A stretch of DNA of 64,000 nucleotides. Origin: Ylistrum balloti. Lineage: Eukaryota. Location of the stretch: assembly GCF_031769215.1 (NCBI RefSeq), contig NW_026782116.1:186001-250000 (forward strand), given 5' to 3'. Below the pieces are notes generated by a model, which was not told where the DNA came from, ran no database searches, and was given only the letters and a program-made list of their open reading frames with translations. Positions 61,263 to 64,000 of the stretch are shown here, one piece after another; the first letter of the stretch is position 1, and each line of letters begins with the position of its first letter. The translations under genes were made by a program, and so were the position numbers.

Positions 61263-62309
61263 AGTTAAAACCTTGCATATACTGAATCTGGATGAATATG
61301 AATAAAAGATATTTGATTGTATCAGAATATCGGTAACCAACAGACATTGACTGCCCATAAAAATGGTTGTTAAAACATAGCCTGTTGGCTGTTGTACTCT
61401 GCTTGATTGAATAGTTGATTGAACTTAAGGCTGAATGAACGATTGGCTGTCATTAAGGTGACCATTAGGTCATTTTGCCACTTTACTGGTCAACACTGGG
61501 TTATATTTATCAGGACATTAGAGTTATACAATAAATCGTGTATACCAGCTAGGATTATAAACCATTTACATGTTCAGTCTTTGATGTTTGATGATTAAAT
61601 GGGATGGGGAATTCTAATTCTGTTTACGGAAGCTTTAATTAATCTCTGGTAGAGTTATCGGAGAAGGAATTTTTTTTTATTTAATTTCTTGGAGAATATG
61701 TCATCTTCAGTCAATACTGTTTATGATGCAGTGTTACACACAAAAAATTGGCATTTCTATACAATAACTGTTTAGTAAATTCCTGATAAGTTCACACAGT
61801 AGCAGCCTATGGCTAGATTTCATGTTATAAAGATAAACCTTTACTTTAATGCTACTAGTTTTTATGTGACTTTTTGGTTTTATAATGGACTTGATGATAC
61901 ATGGAAGTAAAAAGTATGAAAGCAATTTAAAGAAAAAAAAGGGGGTCAGAAGTACAATGCTGATAAGAAGTGAGACAAGAAATGGGAGGTAGTGTGAAGT
62001 GCAATGATTGCTATACTTAGTTGTTACTATGCCAATCTTGAATATCTAGATTGCAGTCTGTTATACTTGTACAGTGACCACAATGTAAGCACTGATTGAG
62101 AACTTGCAACTCGAGTGAACTAAAAAACACTACCCAACATTCCTGTCACAGTATAATTTTATACTGTCCCCAGTCTACCTGCCTGTGTCATACTGTGTAA
62201 CAATCCCCACATGGCATCTAAGGAACACTAACTGAACATGCCTACCAGAAAGCAACAGTATGACTGCTTTTTGATTGACCTTATTGATAAATATTTCATT
62301 TTACCAATA

Positions 62310-62632
62310 TTGTTAGGTTATCCTGATTCTATGGATCAGATGACCTATAGCCAATGTGTTTTGTCTGTCATCATGCACTGTCCACTGTGTGTAAACTTTC
62401 CATTCAAATGACTTATCTTCAATTACCAAAATGCCCAGGGTGCTGATACTGGACCTGTAGCATGATGTGATGAAGGGCTGCCAAGTTTGTTAAAATGATT
62501 TACCTTGATTTACTTTCAAGGTCACAGAGGTCAAACATGTTAAAATCTTTAAACAGCTTTTTCTCGATAACCAGAGTCCCAGTGTGCTGATATTGGGCCT
62601 GTATGATGGTGGGATGGAGGGCTACCAACTAC
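62310..62632. mobile_element. HINE/MITE-like element, related to 45735-46000
   Basis: short gtctgtc-type microsatellite followed by two tandem core units. Confidence 0.55.
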
Positions 62633-64000
62633 TACTTTCACACTTTGCTTATTGATTCAGAAACAGTTTAATTTGTTAATATCATATTATGAACCATAAT
62701 TTACACCTGCTGTGATATTGTTCTGATGATGGTAGGCATAGCCTACTGAAACATGTCAACAATAAAACATCAACTTTAACAGAATCCTGGACGTTGTTGC
62801 TCCTTCCATTACCTGATTGAATTTACCTCACTTGGAAGGCACTCTATTTGAATATTCTTCATGGAATCCACCTCGGAGTCTAATAACAGACAGACAACAA
62901 ACTTTTTCCTGTAATACGTTTAATCTCTATGCCCATGATACATTGGATCTCTTTGCAGGATAATTGTGTTGGTTTACAAACATTTTTTTTACCTTTTCAT
63001 TTATGCCGATCTTCATAGCATTAGGTATGTTAATGGTGGAGAACAAAACATGGCCATTTTGTTACTGGCCTGTAAATCAAGCCATTTTCTATTTCTGAAT
63101 AACAAAGAAGCTTTGGTAGGGTCATGTTTTATGTGTAAGGACCTTGTCCGACCTTTTATGGCTATATGGGTCCAGCATCATATTGAAAACTATTATGCCC
63201 TGAAGATGGCCTGTCAAGTTAGCCAAACCATGTTATCTACCAGCACAGTAGCAGAAAGACGACAGGCCTGGATTGATTCTGGGTGGCAGGGCTAGCAAAT
63301 TGCAAGTTTGTACAAATACATGACCTTGGATCATTATCAACAACAGTTGGATCAGTAGTGTCAAAACATTGAAAAGAACATTTCATGATTGACCAAATGA
63401 TTTTGACCATTGCTTTATTTCACTGGACTTAGGTAGGAGGCGATCTCTTAATTAACCAGGGGCTGAAGGTCATACAGTAAAATGTACTATCTTTAGCTCT
63501 TAGCACTGATGCAATGGAGCGGAGGTATCTTAGTCTCTTTTCAATTCAGTAACCAATGACTTGACTTATGTTCAAGGTCACAGGACAAATGTATTAGATT
63601 CTACAATATTTTAAGTATCCTAGGGTATGATATGTAGCCTGTTTATGTTGTCTGTGTGAAAGAATGACTAAAAAAGACCAATTTTGAAGGCTACATAAGC
63701 AAAAATTTCTAGTTCAAAGTGTAGTGTACAGTATGTTTTTAACTATTTTTATAGTTTTGCCCTTGACTCACTTTGACGTTTATAGAAAAATGAGATATTT
63801 ATGTGAGAAAAACAGGTCTATTTAGTTTCTTGTTTAAGACAAATCTGGATGTATTCATCACGTCTTGACATTTGCGTAAGTGTATTGATGTAGTTGTGAC
63901 TAGAAATGCTGCTACGACTGGATAGAATGGGTGATCATTTACCCAATACACTGGGTTTTATCTATAGCTTGTAGGTCAGTGTAATGACCCGGTATGGTCA

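Noticed and set aside
62959-63024. Segment ttgcag|...|gtatgt as the next ABCA exon
   Set aside because: The required phase-0 frame hits TAG; other frames do not match ABCA TM1.

Overview
AT-rich eukaryotic DNA, probably a bivalve mollusc; this is inferred from the tRNA-SINE/Helentron-like repeats, a CR1-type LINE and a mosaic CpG pattern. (1) 978-23156 (+): the last 25 coding exons of a valyl-tRNA synthetase gene (HLGH and KMSKS motifs, all introns GT-AG and phase-consistent, about 970 codons). The N-terminal exons lie upstream of the window. (2) 24573-26569 (-): a candidate small multi-exon gene convergent with ValRS, assembled by hand and not recognised. (3) About 26.9-43.6 kb: a CpG-rich spacer with minisatellites, a SINE and a decayed CR1-like LINE, whose ORF2 linker has grown a 2.5-kb 48-bp array. 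(4) From about 42.9 kb (+): promoter, non-coding exon and first coding exon (MGFFHQFRLLLWKNFTLKKRTP) of an ABCA1/2-type transporter; the following intron exceeds 20 kb and runs off the window. About a quarter of the window is unrelated tandem arrays, and several units are copies of splice sites. The most striking is an 86-bp array of 26 decoy copies of the acceptor plus exon start of ValRS exon 19, lying directly ahead of the real exon. A 5-copy in-frame acceptor ladder occurs in the candidate minus-strand gene. Most ORFs in the supplied track are repeat artefacts. All coordinates and counts were read by eye; no searches were run.
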